Source: Chiloscyllium plagiosum
Lineage: Eukaryota
Length of the DNA: 64,000 nucleotides
Assembly (NCBI RefSeq): GCF_004010195.1
Contig: NC_057720.1
Span: 84,247,918-84,311,917 of the forward strand
Direction of reading: 5' to 3'
The notes beneath the pieces were generated by a model. The model searched no databases. It was given only the letters and a program-made list of their open reading frames with translations, and was not told where the DNA came from. Below, piece by piece: positions 37,990 to 50,984 of this stretch. Position numbers and translations under genes: made by a program. Positions within the stretch are counted from its first letter, which is position 1. The number at the start of each line of letters is the position of its first letter.

Positions 37990-38830
37990 GAATCTAAGGG
38001 GTTCCACAGAAGATTCACAAGAATGGTCCCAGGAATGAAGGGCTTGTTAAATGAGGACTTTGGATCTGTACTTGGTGGAATTTAGATGCATGAGGGGGAA
38101 CCTAATTGCAACATGCAGAATACTGAAAGACCTGGATAAAGTAGATGTGAAGATGTTTCCACTAGGAAAAGAGGTTAGGGCTTGCGGGCATGGCCTCAGA
38201 ATGAAAGGATGTCTCTTCAAGATTTGGAATAGGAGGACATTCTTAATTCAGATGTTCAATAATCTGTGGAAATCACCTTTTGGCAAAAGGCTGTGGAGGC
38301 CAAGTCATTGATGAATGTCTTTAAGACAGTGATAGATAGATTCTTGATTAGTAAGAGAATCAAAGGTTCTGTGTAGAAGGCACGAGAATGGGGTTGAGAT
38401 GCATCTCAACTATGATGAAACTGTGGAGCAGACTCGAAAGGCCAAATGGCTTAGCTCTGCGCCTATATTATATGGTTTTATAAAGCAGTTTTGATGAGCT
38501 GAATAGCCTAATTCTGCTCCTACATCTAATGGCCTTAAACAATTATTTAAGATAGTTTAGTATTCACATGGTAAAAGGTGGTTGATTAGAAAGAGGTCAT
38601 CGTTCATTTCTGAAGGGGAAGTCATGCTTAACTAACTTAGTGGAATTTTCGTTATGAAGAGGTAACACAAAACCTCAGTAAGGATAACACTGTTGATGCG
38701 GTGTACATGGAATTCCAGAAAGCATTTAATATAGTGCCACACAACACACTTGAGAGGAAAGTTTTACATCATTGAATAAAATGCTCAGTAAAAACACTGA
38801 TATAAAATTGGTTGAGTGATAGGGAACAGG
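37990..38830 (+). mobile_element. CR1 fragments (3' ends and an RT piece)
   Basis: RRFTRMVPGMKGL; KGKSCLTNLVEF; VDAVYMEFQKAF. Confidence 0.8.
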
Positions 38831-38859
38831 ATTCATATTCCATATGTATCTTAAGGTCT

Positions 38860-40322
38860 GGATTTTTCCTTACTTTACCATCACCATCAAGCCAAGGGAC
38901 CAATCCTGGTTCAATAAAGAGTGCAGGAGGGTATGCCAAGAGTAACACCAGAGTCAAGATTAGAGTGGTCCTGGAAAAGCATCCGAGGAACAGAAAAAAA
39001 ATCGATGTTTTGGGCAAAAGTCCTTCGTCAGGAATGAAGCAGGGAGCCTTCGGGGTGGAGAGATAAATGGGAGAGGGGTGAGGCTGGGGAGGAGGAAGCT
39101 AAGAGTACAATAGGTGGATGGAGGTGAGAATAAAGGCGATAGGTTGGAAAAGAGGGTGGAGCGATTTCATTTTCCCTCCCCACCACCTTACCCCAGTTCC
39201 AACCTGCCAGCTCAGCACCATCCTCATGACCTGTCCTACCTGCTAATCTTCCTTCCCACCTATCTGCTCCACCCTCCTATCACCTTCATCCCCATCTCCA
39301 TCCATCTATTGTACTCTTGGCTACCTACTCCCCAACCCCTGCCCCCTCCCATTTATCTCTCCAACCCAGAGGCTCCCTGCCTCATTCCTGATGAAGGGCT
39401 TTTGCCTGAAACATGGATTTTCCTGCTCCTTGGATGCTACCTGACCTGCTGTGCTTTTCCAGCACCACTCTAGTGGTGACTCTGATCTCCAGCATCTGCA
39501 GTCCTCACTTTTGCCAAGAGCAGCACCAGGCATACCTAAAAATGAGATGTCAACTTGGTGAAGCTACAAAACAGAACTATTTCCATGACAAAAAGCATAA
39601 GCAGTAAATGATTGGTAGAGATCAGATTTAAGCTCTGCTACCTTGTCCAGTCAAGTCGTGAATGGTGGTGGACAATTATACAACTCAATGGAAAGAAAAG
39701 GCTCCATAAGTATCCCCATCCTCAATGACGGGGGAGACCAGTGCAAAAGATAAGGCTGGAACATTTACAACAATCTTCATCAGAAGTGCTGAGTGGATGA
39801 TACATCTTGGCATCCTCCAAAGGTCCCTAGCATAGCTATCAGTCTTCAGACAAATAATTCCCTTCATGTGATGTCAGTAAATGGTTGGAGGCACTGGATA
39901 CAGTAAAGGCTATGGAACCGGACAACATTCCAGCAGTGTTTAAAAGGTGTGGCAGAGTGTGTTCCAAACTCCGCCACACCTCTACCTAAGCTGTTCCAAC
40001 ACAGCTACAATACTGACATCTACCTGACAATGTAGAAAATTGCCCAGGTATGTCCAGCACACAAAGAAAAACCCACCCAGCTAATGAGTGCTCCATCAAT
40101 ATACTCTTGGTCATCAGTAACGGAACATGCATCAATAGTGCTATCACGCTGCACCAACTTAACAATAATCTACTCAATGATGCCCAATTTGGTTTCTGCC
40201 AGGGCCACACAGTATCCAACCTCATTACAGCCTTGATTCAAATATGGACAAAAGAGTTAAATTTCAGATGTGAGGTGAGAGTGACAGATCTTTGCAACAA
40301 GGCCGCATTTGACAGAGTGGAA
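38860..40322 (+). mobile_element. Family B CR1-group LINE internal fragment interrupted by Penelope
   Basis: TIKPRDQSWFNKECRR; LNDAQFGFCQGH..LITALIQIWTKELN..KAAFDRV. Confidence 0.85.
38952..39511. mobile_element. Penelope-like insertion with inverted pLTR pair
   Basis: Minus-strand pLTR 38952-39160 and plus-strand pLTR 39161-39511, each with a CTGA(T/C)GA hammerhead core; 18-bp TSD TGCCAAGAG(T/C)A(A/G)CACCAG at 38934-38951 and 39512-39529. Confidence 0.88.
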
Positions 40323-40329
40323 ACATCCT

Positions 40330-41850
40330 ATCAATGGAAACATCTTCCCAACTTCCATTCTGTCCAGGCTAGACTTGGGATGATGATTGCTTTGTTATGA
40401 TTGAGATCAATAAGAGTTTTTTTTTCCTGTTCAGGTTATCAAATGATAAAATAAAAAGACGAAAAATGTATTTGAGGAAGAGTTCGACTATGTCCTGGCT
40501 AAATGAGAGGACATATTGAAGTGGATAAATAGTTCCCATGTTTCAATCTGAACTATGTAATTTAATTGTTTTCACGTTAAACTCTTGGGAATGTTTATCA
40601 ATTATAAAGATGCAAAAATAGATAAGTTTTAGATCATATGTACCAAGCATATCAGAAATCAGGAGGCAAAGTAACAGAGATGTTGCAGGTGCTTATTACT
40701 ACAACAAGAAAAAACATTGTTTCAAATATAATGATGTTATACTTTCTGAACATTGAGTATTAATTCATAATAATGGGAAGGGAGAATAGTCAAGTTTAGG
40801 TAAAACAATAATTTTCATCCGGAAAAGTGTGGTGTTAGTTTTTTAAAAATGTTTTTGTCTAGTATTGAATATACTCAGCAATTTATTTGTTATCCCTCTA
40901 TTCTTTGCTGCTGCTTTGGATGTTGTTTGAACTTTTCTGTGGCATTCAAATTCTTCCATGCCTGTTGCATATTGTAAAAGCATATTGTAATACTGTACTC
41001 TACATTTTCATGTGAAATAAAGTGTGCAATAAGATTGATGATTAAACTTGAATTTCAGTGCAGGCTACTTCCAGTCTAAAACTCCACAGAAAAGTGTCAA
41101 TGAGGATGCAACAGAACTTTTTTTTTTAAAGCATTTTATTCGAATAGTCAAAGACTGGGCATTGTGGCACACTTTTTAGAACTGAAGAGTTAAATTTGAA
41201 ATTGTTTTGAGCATTTTGAAAGATTGCTCCGTGTGCTTTTGTCCCCTTAGAGATCAGCTCACTAAGTCAGCATATGGCACATAGTGTGGATACTACTTTT
41301 ACAACACAGCTATATAAACGATGAGCAGATAGGAATCTGGACTAAGTGTTAAATGACACTGAGTGGAAAATAGGCACAAAAAGCATATTTCGGTAGTTCA
41401 ACCTGACAAAGACGATCAGAATAATGAAGAAGTGAACATTTCAACGAAACCAAGTAGACAATAAGGATAAAGATAATGATTTCCTCAACATGATGAGGCC
41501 AGATGCATTCGTCTAACCCGTACTGCCCCTAGTACTGTGGTACATGAAATGCACTGAAATAGATATTAAAAGTACAAATAAAAATGAAATTATTCTAAAA
41601 GTCATCACTGAGGAAACAGTTATCTAATGAGATTGTAGCAGATTACATTCTTGAATTAAAAATTCTTGTGACTTTGGGGATGGCATAAACTCAGAAATTA
41701 ACCTTAAGACATTTTGCAGGAAACTAAATAACTACAGAATCCAAGCCAACTTTTTTGAATAGTGGAAATAAGTTGATGTTGTAGTAGGACTGCGATGGGA
41801 TAAAATAACAAAAAAACGGTTATCAATTGGAAAGGAATTATTTAAGCAAG
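40330..41850 (+). mobile_element. Possible very old Gypsy LTR, PBS and gag remnant
   Basis: AATAAA at ~41016, PBS-like GTGTCAATGAGGATG at ~41094, gag-like ADYILEL..CDFG at ~41640. Confidence 0.35.
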
Positions 41851-41944
41851 CTGGCTTGTGGATTTTAATGGAATCTAAGCTATGGCAGATATGGTCACAA
41901 TTTCAATGGGACTCCGTGCGAAAACACTCTGCTGGTTTAAGTAC

Positions 41945-42792
41945 ACATGGCACCATTTCAAACTCCTCAGGTACTGAGACAGTCTACATCCACATGCAAC
42001 AAGATCTGGAGAAGAGAGTTTCTGGGCTTGGGCGAAAAAGTGGCAAGTAACACTTTGCAACAGAAATGCCAGGTAATGACCATTGCCAACAATAAACAAT
42101 CTAACCATAGCCCCTTGGCATTCAATGGCACTGCCATCACTGAACTCTCACTATCAACATCCTAGGGGTTAATATTGATCAGAAACTGAACTGGAATCAC
42201 CATATTGTCACAAGAGAAGGTTAAAGGTTAAGAACACTGCAACCATAACTCATCTCTTGACTCCCTAAAGCCTGTGCACTATCTACAAAGCACAAATCAG
42301 GAATGTGATGGAATACTCCCCTTTTGCCTAGATGACTGCAACTCCAATAATACTTCTGTAGCTTGACACTATCCAGGACAAAGTAACACATATGACTGGC
42401 ACCACATTCACAAGTATTCAGTCACTACATCACTGCTGCTCAATAACAGCTTTGTGTGCTGTCTACAAGATGAATTGCAGAAATTCCCCAAAGATCCTCA
42501 GACAGCACCTTCCAAACCCATGACCGATTCCATCTAGAATGACAATGGTAGCAGATACATGAGATCTCCACCTGTAAGTTCCTCTCTAAGCTACTCGTCA
42601 CTTTGACTTGGAAACATATCCATCCCTTCAATGTCATTGGGTCAAAATCCTGGAATTCACTCCCTAATGACATGTGCATCTACCTACAGCACATGCAATA
42701 AAGCAGCTCACTACCACCTTGTCAATGGCAACTAAGGATGAGCAATAAATACTGGCCTAGCCAACAATGTGCAAGTCCAATGAGTGAATTAA
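41945..42792 (+). mobile_element. Family B CR1-group LINE 3' end
   Basis: Matches 16790-17650; tail GCAATAAATACTGGCCTAGCC..TGAGTGAATT. Confidence 0.88.
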
Positions 42793-42799
42793 CAAAGTT

Positions 42800-43800
42800 G
42801 TCAATGGATATTTTTAAGGTTGGAGGAAGGTTTGTACTGGAGTTCCCAGAGGTCATTGTTAGGACTCCTGTTTTTCCTGATATATATTAATGATCCAGAT
42901 CTTGGTATGCAGGAGAAAAGTTCAAAATTTTCATGAAACCTATCATAAGCACAGTGTTGAACTCCAAAAGGACACAGACAAATTGATGAAGTGCACGGAC
43001 AGATGGTGGTTGAGGACCAATGTAGAGAAGTGTGAGGTAATCTATTTTGGCTGGAAGAGCAATTAAAGACAATAAAAAATAAGGATAGAATTCTGAAGGG
43101 AATGCAGGACAAGAGGAACGTGGATGATTTTATGAATAGATCACAGATGACAAGATAGTTTGAGAGATAACCATTAATTAATCATACAATATCACTGACT
43201 TTATTAATCGGGGCATAGACTACAACAGCAAGGAGGTGATGGTGAACATGTTGTAAGACACTTGTTAGATGTCAGCTGGAGTACCATGTACAGTTCTGAG
43301 TCTCAGGAAAAATTAGAACACATTGAAGGATAGAGGAATGCAATTTGCAAGAATGGTTCCAAGGATCAGGAACTTCAGTTATGGAGACAGAAGTTGGGCC
43401 TCCTTGGAGAGAAGAAGGCTAAGAGGAGATCTGATGGAGGCTTTCAAAATCATGATGGGGTTGGATAAAGTAGATAGAGAGAAACAATAGCTGGCTGTAA
43501 AAGGATAAAGAACCATGAGGCACAGATATAAAATGATTTGCAAAATCAGCAAATGTGAGGTGAGAAAGAAAATTTTCATTCAACAAATAGCTAAGATGCA
43601 CTGTTTGGAAGTGTGGTGGAGGCAATTTCACTTGAGACATGCAAGAGGATATTGGATAATTATTTGAAGAGGAAAAATATGCAAAGATATCGGGAAAGGC
43701 AGAAGATTTGCACTGGTAATGATGCTCACTTGAAGAGGTGGCGCTGGGACGTAAGCCTGAATAGCCTCTGTCTGTACCATATGTTTCTGTGATTCTGTGA
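42800..43800 (+). mobile_element. CR1 LINE RT-to-3' end (decayed)
   Basis: GVPQRSLLGLLFFLIYIND; RRRLRGDLMEAFKIM; tail GTGATTCTGTGA. Confidence 0.85.
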
Positions 43801-46004
43801 GCTAATTAAAGACTGTGATAACTTTAAGCAGTTCAAGGCACATTAAGTTTGATAATACATAAGAAAATAATCATGAAATGTAACACAGACACTGTTTAAC
43901 CACTTTTCTATTACACTTTTTTGTTTCTAAAATTGTTGATTTAGACGTTTACCATTGTTTCATAAATGGAAATTCCTTTACACAAGGAAGGAAATGATTG
44001 CCATCATCTAAACAATCAAACCCCAGGTTAAATCAAATCTCAAGCATTTATGCAACAATGCATAGGTGTACAGTGGGAAGGCATAAGTTCAGGTGAAAAT
44101 GATTGAACAGCTTGCAGAGCATATTTGTGCTCTTGCTGTTCTGCCCACAATAATTAGGGAATGAATAATATACTTTACAATGCTGAACTGTTTCTCTGGA
44201 ATTTTGCTCTCAGCACTCATCTGTTCCTTGTCTTCCAAGTACTTTGTTGGCTACTCATCCAGCCTATCTATCCTCACATTCATGAAATGCTTTCCAACGC
44301 CTCTACGCCTTAACTTTCTCTCATACTCAAATACGTTTTAAAAACTTCTACTTTCTCCTACTCTTTTGGCTTTTGTCTGTCCTCAAATTCCATTCTATTA
44401 GCATCCATTTAATGCACATTCTTGCCTACTCTGTTAAATGCAGTTGTCATTTTTGATGCTCTGGAACTGTAAGTTACTGTTCCATTTATACATTTCATTT
44501 CAGTGACTGAATACTCATGTTGTATTACATCTGCTTAGTTCTAATGTACTATTTTGAAATCAAGTACTTATCCAATAGCATGCTTTCAGCATGCATTAAA
44601 TAAAAATAAGAACATCTTTTTCCATAATAAGCATTATTGTGTATTTCCTTTGGTAAATGAGGAATAGAGTGAACATTTCAATTACATGTTGCATTCTGAC
44701 TTGATGTCCATGAATTTTGATTCCTTGTAGGTTGAAGCCAGAACTCTGTTACTTGTAACATGGGCTTCCAGATTACAGACAAATCTCCTCTACTAGGTAG
44801 CAGCATGTTCTTGAAAACTTAACACAGACACATTGGTTCCATCTCCAGCCCACCTAAACTGATCAAATAAGCAGTGTGCCTGATTCGTCTGTGAACATTG
44901 AGGCTCTTCTCTCATGGATTAAACTGTGAGGTAATATAGATATGACTAATTCACCAAGACCAGCATAGGGATTTACAATACAACACATCCAGAACATCTG
45001 AAAACAAATATGAAACCACACATTCTGTAGAAATGTTTAACAGCATCAAAAAATATTCTGAAATGTCCCTTAACCAAAGAAATTAAATGATGAGAAGCCA
45101 ATGGCCAAAATGAATATTTGGTGGAATATGCAAAACAGATAGGTTGTCTAGGTTTGTTCATTGTGCATATATGCTACATATATTGTGTTATCCTAAGAAA
45201 TTTAAAATGGGCCAGTTTGATGGCCTCAGTGAACAAATCATAGTATCCCCAATCTAGATAACGACCAGCATAACTTTCACCTTTGCTATTTTATTCTAAT
45301 TACTGGAAATCTAAAGAAGACATAAGCACTGATAAGTTTGAAAAACATCTATTTTAAAAATATTTAATAAATGTTTTCAAGTCTACAAACCAATGTGTCC
45401 CTCATCATCTGAGTTTTGCTTTCCCCTTAGGAGTATCCTCGACAAGACTCATGGCTTTTAAACTATGATTCATCTGATATTCTTAGAATTTTTGATTGCT
45501 GACTCAATCCACTTCTTCCGAAAAGGATGAGGTAAAATAGGACACATTGTCATTCTGCTCAAATAAAAAGGATTTTCAATAGATGGACAGATCCTTTGAT
45601 GTTTATCAATTGACAGTTTTTGCAACCTTAGCATGGGTTGATCACACTTCTCTGCAAGCATCAAGTTGGATGTTTTCAATGATGTAAACTTGACTTCTAG
45701 ATAAATATCTCAAAACCAGTAGTTGAAACCCTAGGTGTACAAGGCAATAACAATTCATAATTTATAATATTATCTTGAACATCTATCAGGTTGCCAAAAT
45801 GTCATTGAATGGCATTGCGTGATCTAAAAGGAAAAGAGAAAGATGGAGGAAGAAGCACAGCAGTTTATGGGTGGAATCCTGTACCTCGGATCTAAGCAAA
45901 TGAAAGCATACAAACAAAGTAGGGATGAGCAAGAAGTCAGATTGGAGAAGTGTAGCTACCTTGGTGCTATGCCAGTGCAGTCTCCTGAGAATTAGGCCAT
46001 TTGA

Positions 46005-46312
46005 AACAAGAGTGAACATTGCTGGACTGAGAATTAATGTAGTTGAAATGTGTGGCACTAGAAAAGCACAGGTCAGGCAGCACCTGGGGAGCGAGAGACT
46101 CGACGTTTCGGGCATAAGCCTTTCATCAGGAATGTTGGGGGTAAGGGGGCTGAGAGATAAATCGGAGAGTGTGGGTGGTTATGGGGGTGGGGGCGGGAAG
46201 GTAGCTGGAAAGGCAATAGGTAGATGCAGGTAAGGGGTGATGGTGATAGGTTGGAGGGGAGGGTGGAGCGCATAGGTTGGAAGGAAGATGGACAAGTAGG
46301 ACAGTTCAAGAG
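46005..46312 (-). mobile_element. Penelope-like pLTR fragment
   Basis: Homologous to 39161-39511; contains a hammerhead core. Confidence 0.85.
46101..46130 (-). ncRNA. Minimal type-I hammerhead ribozyme core (Penelope-associated)
   Basis: CCTGATGA-A-AGGC-TTAT-GCCC-GAAAC-GTCG: CUGAUGA box, short helix II, GAAA box, GUC. Confidence 0.6.
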
Positions 46313-46779
46313 TTCTTCTTTTTAGGCAAGCTCTTGGGTTCGAGGCCAACTTGCTTCCACTTCAGGGTGACATAGTTCTGAGAAGGTAACTAATTACAAT
46401 TAATCTGTGAATTCTGCCACATGCAAGGAAACTGATGCATGAAGGCTTATTTACAGGTTTGCATGCACTTTCAGATTTGATTTCATCTCTGCGAGTTCCT
46501 GACAAAGTTTCTCCAAGTGTTCAATGTCTTTTGTGACAACCCTACTCTATCTTGGTCAATCACAGGCCAGGAACACAAATGTTGGGAGTAATGTTTGACC
46601 TATTTATCTCTTTGACAATATTCCTATTTCATTTTTCCTCCTGCAAGCTTCCTGCCATGACCATGTTCTAAGTAGATCAGTTACTTCTATGTTGTTAGGC
46701 ATATGAACAGCAATTGCTGTCCAAAATCTAAGCAGATTTTGAATAACTAGTACCTTGATGTTAGGCAATTTGATTTTCG

Positions 46780-49700
46780 CCCCAGGTCCGGTTCCTCCAA
46801 CTCTGACTCGGATACGGGCAGCATGAAGTCAGTTTCTTGCGCCCGGTATGTCACAGGAGTTTCCTCGTCTTCTTCAGATGGTAACGGTATTGATCTGAGG
46901 TTTTTTCGATGCTAGACGGAGGGGTTTCTGACAGCCTTTTTGGCTGCTGTGAGGGGCCAGGTAGCAGCTTTCAGGTGACCTACATGTTTGTTTAGGACCA
47001 CGTCACCTACCTGAACTGCGCATGTCACAGGACCTGACCTCATGTTGACCTCACCCCATACCCATCCAGGCCAATTTTGTGTTGTTAACACCAAACTTTG
47101 TCCCTGAAGTAAACTGCCCCTCGCGTTTAGGGGAGACATGTGGCAACACTGACTTTCCTGGTATGGAGCTGTCCAAACATGCCGAATTGCCATTCGACTT
47201 TAGGGACTACTCAAAATTACTACATCCCATTGTCTGTGACCAATTCTTCTGGGAATCCGCGTACCGCGAATGATGCTCGCGGCTTTCCAATCGTCATCCC
47301 TGAGTTTGCAAAATGAATGCTATATACGTCCAACCACTTTGAAAATGCATCCACAATAACCAAGAACATGAGCCCGTGAAAGGACTGGCACAGTCGACAT
47401 GTAAGCAAGTCCAGGGTTTACCCGGCCATTCCCACGAATGTAGGGAAGGCAGTAATTTTTGTCCTGTTAGCACCCTGGGCATTGCTCCATCAATGCAGCT
47501 ATGTTAGCATCCAATCCTGGCCACCAGACATAACTCCTTGCCAACATTTTCACTTTGGCAACCCCATGGATGACCCTGGTGGAGTTCAGCCAGTAACTGG
47601 CAGCAACCTTTACTCTGGACGATCACTCTTGCTCCACACAATAATATGCTATCCTCTACAATGATCTGGTCTCACTGGGTCCAGAAAGGTTTCAATTCTG
47701 CTTGTGATGGTCCTTTTGTTTCCCTCAACACCACCAAATATTTTAGTTTTGCCACGATGGGATATTTTTCTGTCCACAGTCAGACGTTATCAGTGGTGAC
47801 TGGAAGGGTGTCCAAAGAGTTTAAAACCAGAATGAACTCTTCCAAGGGAGGCAGCCCCTGTGGTGTATCTGCCAGTGGAATCTGCATTTGCCACTTGGCC
47901 TCCTCGACGGTGTTCCAACTTGTAATTATACACATTGAGAATAAGGGCAGGCTGAATTCAACCAGAAACTATGGGCTGTAGGGCCTGATCTTCTTCAAGT
48001 AGCCCGAGCAGAGATTTGCGATCTGTGACTATAATAAATTTATGTCCGTAAAGGTATTGGTGGAACTTTCACAAACCAAAGATGACTGCCAAACCTTTCT
48101 TATCTACTTGGGTATATTTACGTTCAGCATTAGTCAAAGTCTACGAAGCATACACTATGAGATGTTTCACTTTGTTGGGCACTGCTGAGCCAACACTATC
48201 CCGATACCGTACGGGGAGGCATCACATGTCAGCATCACCTCTCATTTAGGATCGTAGTGAACCGACACCTTAGATGACGATGGCTGCTTTTTTCACTTCT
48301 CTAAAGGCTACATCTTGGCTATATGGCCATTTCCAAGGCTGTCTCTTTTTCAATAGCAGGTGTAAGGGTGCTAAGATGGAGGCCAGGTTATGCATCAATT
48401 TTCTGTACACTGTAATTCATCAACACAAGGAAAGACCTCATCTGTGGTACAGACGTGGCATCTTTGATCACCCTCAGTTTAACTTCCAACAGGTGTAACC
48501 TGATCTTGTCCACTTTGTCATCCAAGTAGGTCACTTGGGGTGCTTGGAACACACATTTTCTCTTTCGAAGGCATATACTTACCTCAGAGAACCATTTAAG
48601 CATGATGTCCAAGTTCTCCATGCTTTTTATTGGTCTTCCCAGTTGTTAGCATGCCATCCAGATAAATGGCAATGTCTCACGCCGAGCACATCCAGGGCAA
48701 AGGAACCCTAGGTCAGCCCACAGCAAAGCCCCAAAACAAAGCCAAACCTCAGCCAGGCGGCTAAAAGGTTCTTCAGGTTTCAGGTCAGCAAGCTATTGCA
48801 GACCTTGTAAAATGGTCCAATGGAAAACGGCGTAGGCTGATGATACCCTAAATGGCAGTCTCATATATTGGTACAAACCCTTATGCATACTATGGCATAC
48901 TTCTGGGACACCTCAATTTGTTGCAATTGTAGATATGCACGATTTATATTCATCTTCATGAAGGGCAGCTCCCCATATACCCGCAACACCTCCTCCCGCA
49001 AACTACACTAGTTTAATGAACCCTTAGCTTTCCAGCCTCCTGATTTCGGCCTCTACTTTTGTCCATAAGGCAAATGGCATTGGGTGAGCCTTGAAGTATC
49101 GCAGAATTGCTTCCTGGACAACATGTAAGGTGGCCTTGATCCTTTGGTAGACCCTAAACCCTTCTGAAAATCTTCCAGGTATTTAATTATGACTTCACTC
49201 AGACCGCCATGTTCTAATCAAAAATGTTGAGGCAATCAAGATAAACCTTTCTTAAACAATTCCACCCCACCAGGCTCGGACCCAAGCTTTTTACTGGTGC
49301 AGTGGTAACTGCACCAACCGCTTCTCATAGGAAGACTGAAACTGACGTCGTACCCTTCATCTGTAATGGTTCCTTGGTGTACATTCTCAGTTTGATAGAG
49401 GTCTTGCGCCAACTTAAGGGTTGGAGTCCACAGTGAATCTTTTTAAACACTGGTTCTGCAACCATTGATGCAGCTTCACCAATATTGATCCCCATGGGAA
49501 CTGGGGTGACCATTTAAAAAGACATCGATTTTGATTGGATGTTGCCAAACAATTTAACTGTTCCAAAATACATGTAAGTGGACTTTCCAAGGAGTGCACA
49601 CTCATGGATACTGACCAATGAATCCTCCTACTCAAGTCAGGCCTTGTTGGACTCCTTTGCTGTCTCAAGTTTGTACACCAGCAGCAACTACAATGGCTTG

Positions 49701-50486
49701 CTGGATCCTGAAGAACGTTTCACCCACTTGGCAGAGGCTTGGCTTTGTTTTTGGGTTTTGCTGTAGGCTGTCCCAGGATCCCTTTACTCTGGATTTGCTC
49801 TCCATGAGATTCTGTTCACTTAAATAGTGTTCCCAAGGCTCAGTTGGACAGGTGAGGATGTCCACTTCCATTGGGATTCCCTTTGGCTCCCATGCTCCAC
49901 TTGCTGCATTTTCTAAGGACAATACCAGTTGTACGTGCCCATTTGAAGTCCATTTGGGGTTCAGGTAGTAGGTGCTTTTGCATGGTCAGGTCATTAATCT
50001 CATTTACCAAATGGTCTCTCAGCATCACATTCAGGATTAACCCAAAATCACATGCCTCTGCCAGTTATCTTAACTTCATCAAAAAACTCAACATGGATTC
50101 TCCTGGCTCTTGAAGTGCTGAATAAAACCATTAGCTTCCCAGAATTAAAGGCGGTTTGGGGTCATAATATTCCTTAACTAAATCCGTCAACTCTTGAAAA
50201 TTTTAACTATTTGGCTCCTCAGGGAGAGTTAGGCTCCTAATAACTGAAAATGCTGCAGGTCTTCAAGCAGTCAGAAAGATTCTTCATTGCTTTTCATCTA
50301 CCTCAATGTCATTCGCCTGAAAAAAATAACATTCTTTCTACACACTGGGCCCAGTCTTCAGCAGCAAGATGGAATGCGTCAAGCTTCCCAAATAAAGATG
50401 TGATGCCAGAAATGCTTATGCTAACTCAAAGACAACTGTTGCAAGCAAACTTTCCTCAGGCGCATACTATTTTCTCTAATTACCAC
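46780..50486 (-). mobile_element. Gypsy LTR retrotransposon (Mag clade) internal gag-pol, decayed, 3' LTR absent
   Basis: gag LFGKLDAF..EDWAQCVERM and LRDHLV; PR FLNG..NIGEAAS; RT RLPFRVSSA, IYLDG, KCVFQAPQVTYL; RNase H LTCDASPYGIG; IN GHP..KMLARSYVWWP, WEWPGKPW..LHVD, IVDAFSKW, GFPEELVTDNG. Confidence 0.92.
48676..48800 (+). repeat. Inverted, diverged gag fragment inserted in the Gypsy RT
   Basis: Reverse complement aligns with 49686-49809 (TTGGCTTTGTTTT.GG..TTTGCTGT.GGCTG). Confidence 0.85.
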
Positions 50487-50711
50487 AGGAATAGCTGCAC
50501 AGGCCGGTATCCAATCACAAAGTCACCCTTTACTTGCATGTGCACAGTACATGGGCTCTGACCAGCCAGCTCAGTCCCTAGAATCAGGAGACTCTCTGAA
50601 TCTTCTATTTATATCTGTCAGCCAGGGCTCCCTGCCTGACCCAGGTTAACAACCCCAATCAAGATTCCCACAGTTAATAAGATCCACCTGGCCCTCATTC
50701 CAATTACTACA
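50487..50711 (-). mobile_element. 5' LTR of the Mag-type Gypsy element
   Basis: Begins TGTAGTAATTGG, has a GATATAAATAG TATA box, and is followed by a GTGG PBS-like sequence and gag. Confidence 0.8.
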
Positions 50712-50984
50712 GCTTCACAAACTCTGTAAATTATCCTGATGCCTGGGAGTAGTATGCTGGAGGCAAGGTGCAATACTGCAGCAAGAGAAATGGAGAAGAG
50801 GTTTACATGGGGTTAGATTGCAAATCAGCCAAAATCTTACTGAATGATGGAATAGGCTTGGGATATCTGATTGTTTACACATATTCCACATCTTTAATTA
50901 AAAAAATTCCAAGAGTTTCACAAAGGCATTAGATAAAAATAAGTTACCAGTTGATGGGGATCCATTTGAAGGAGTGACTAAAGA

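Noticed and set aside
45430-45530. Selenoprotein exon (in-frame TGA in EYPRQDSWLLNYDSSDILRIFDC*LNP)
   Set aside because: No resemblance to a known selenoprotein and no SECIS or neighbouring coding exons are evident.
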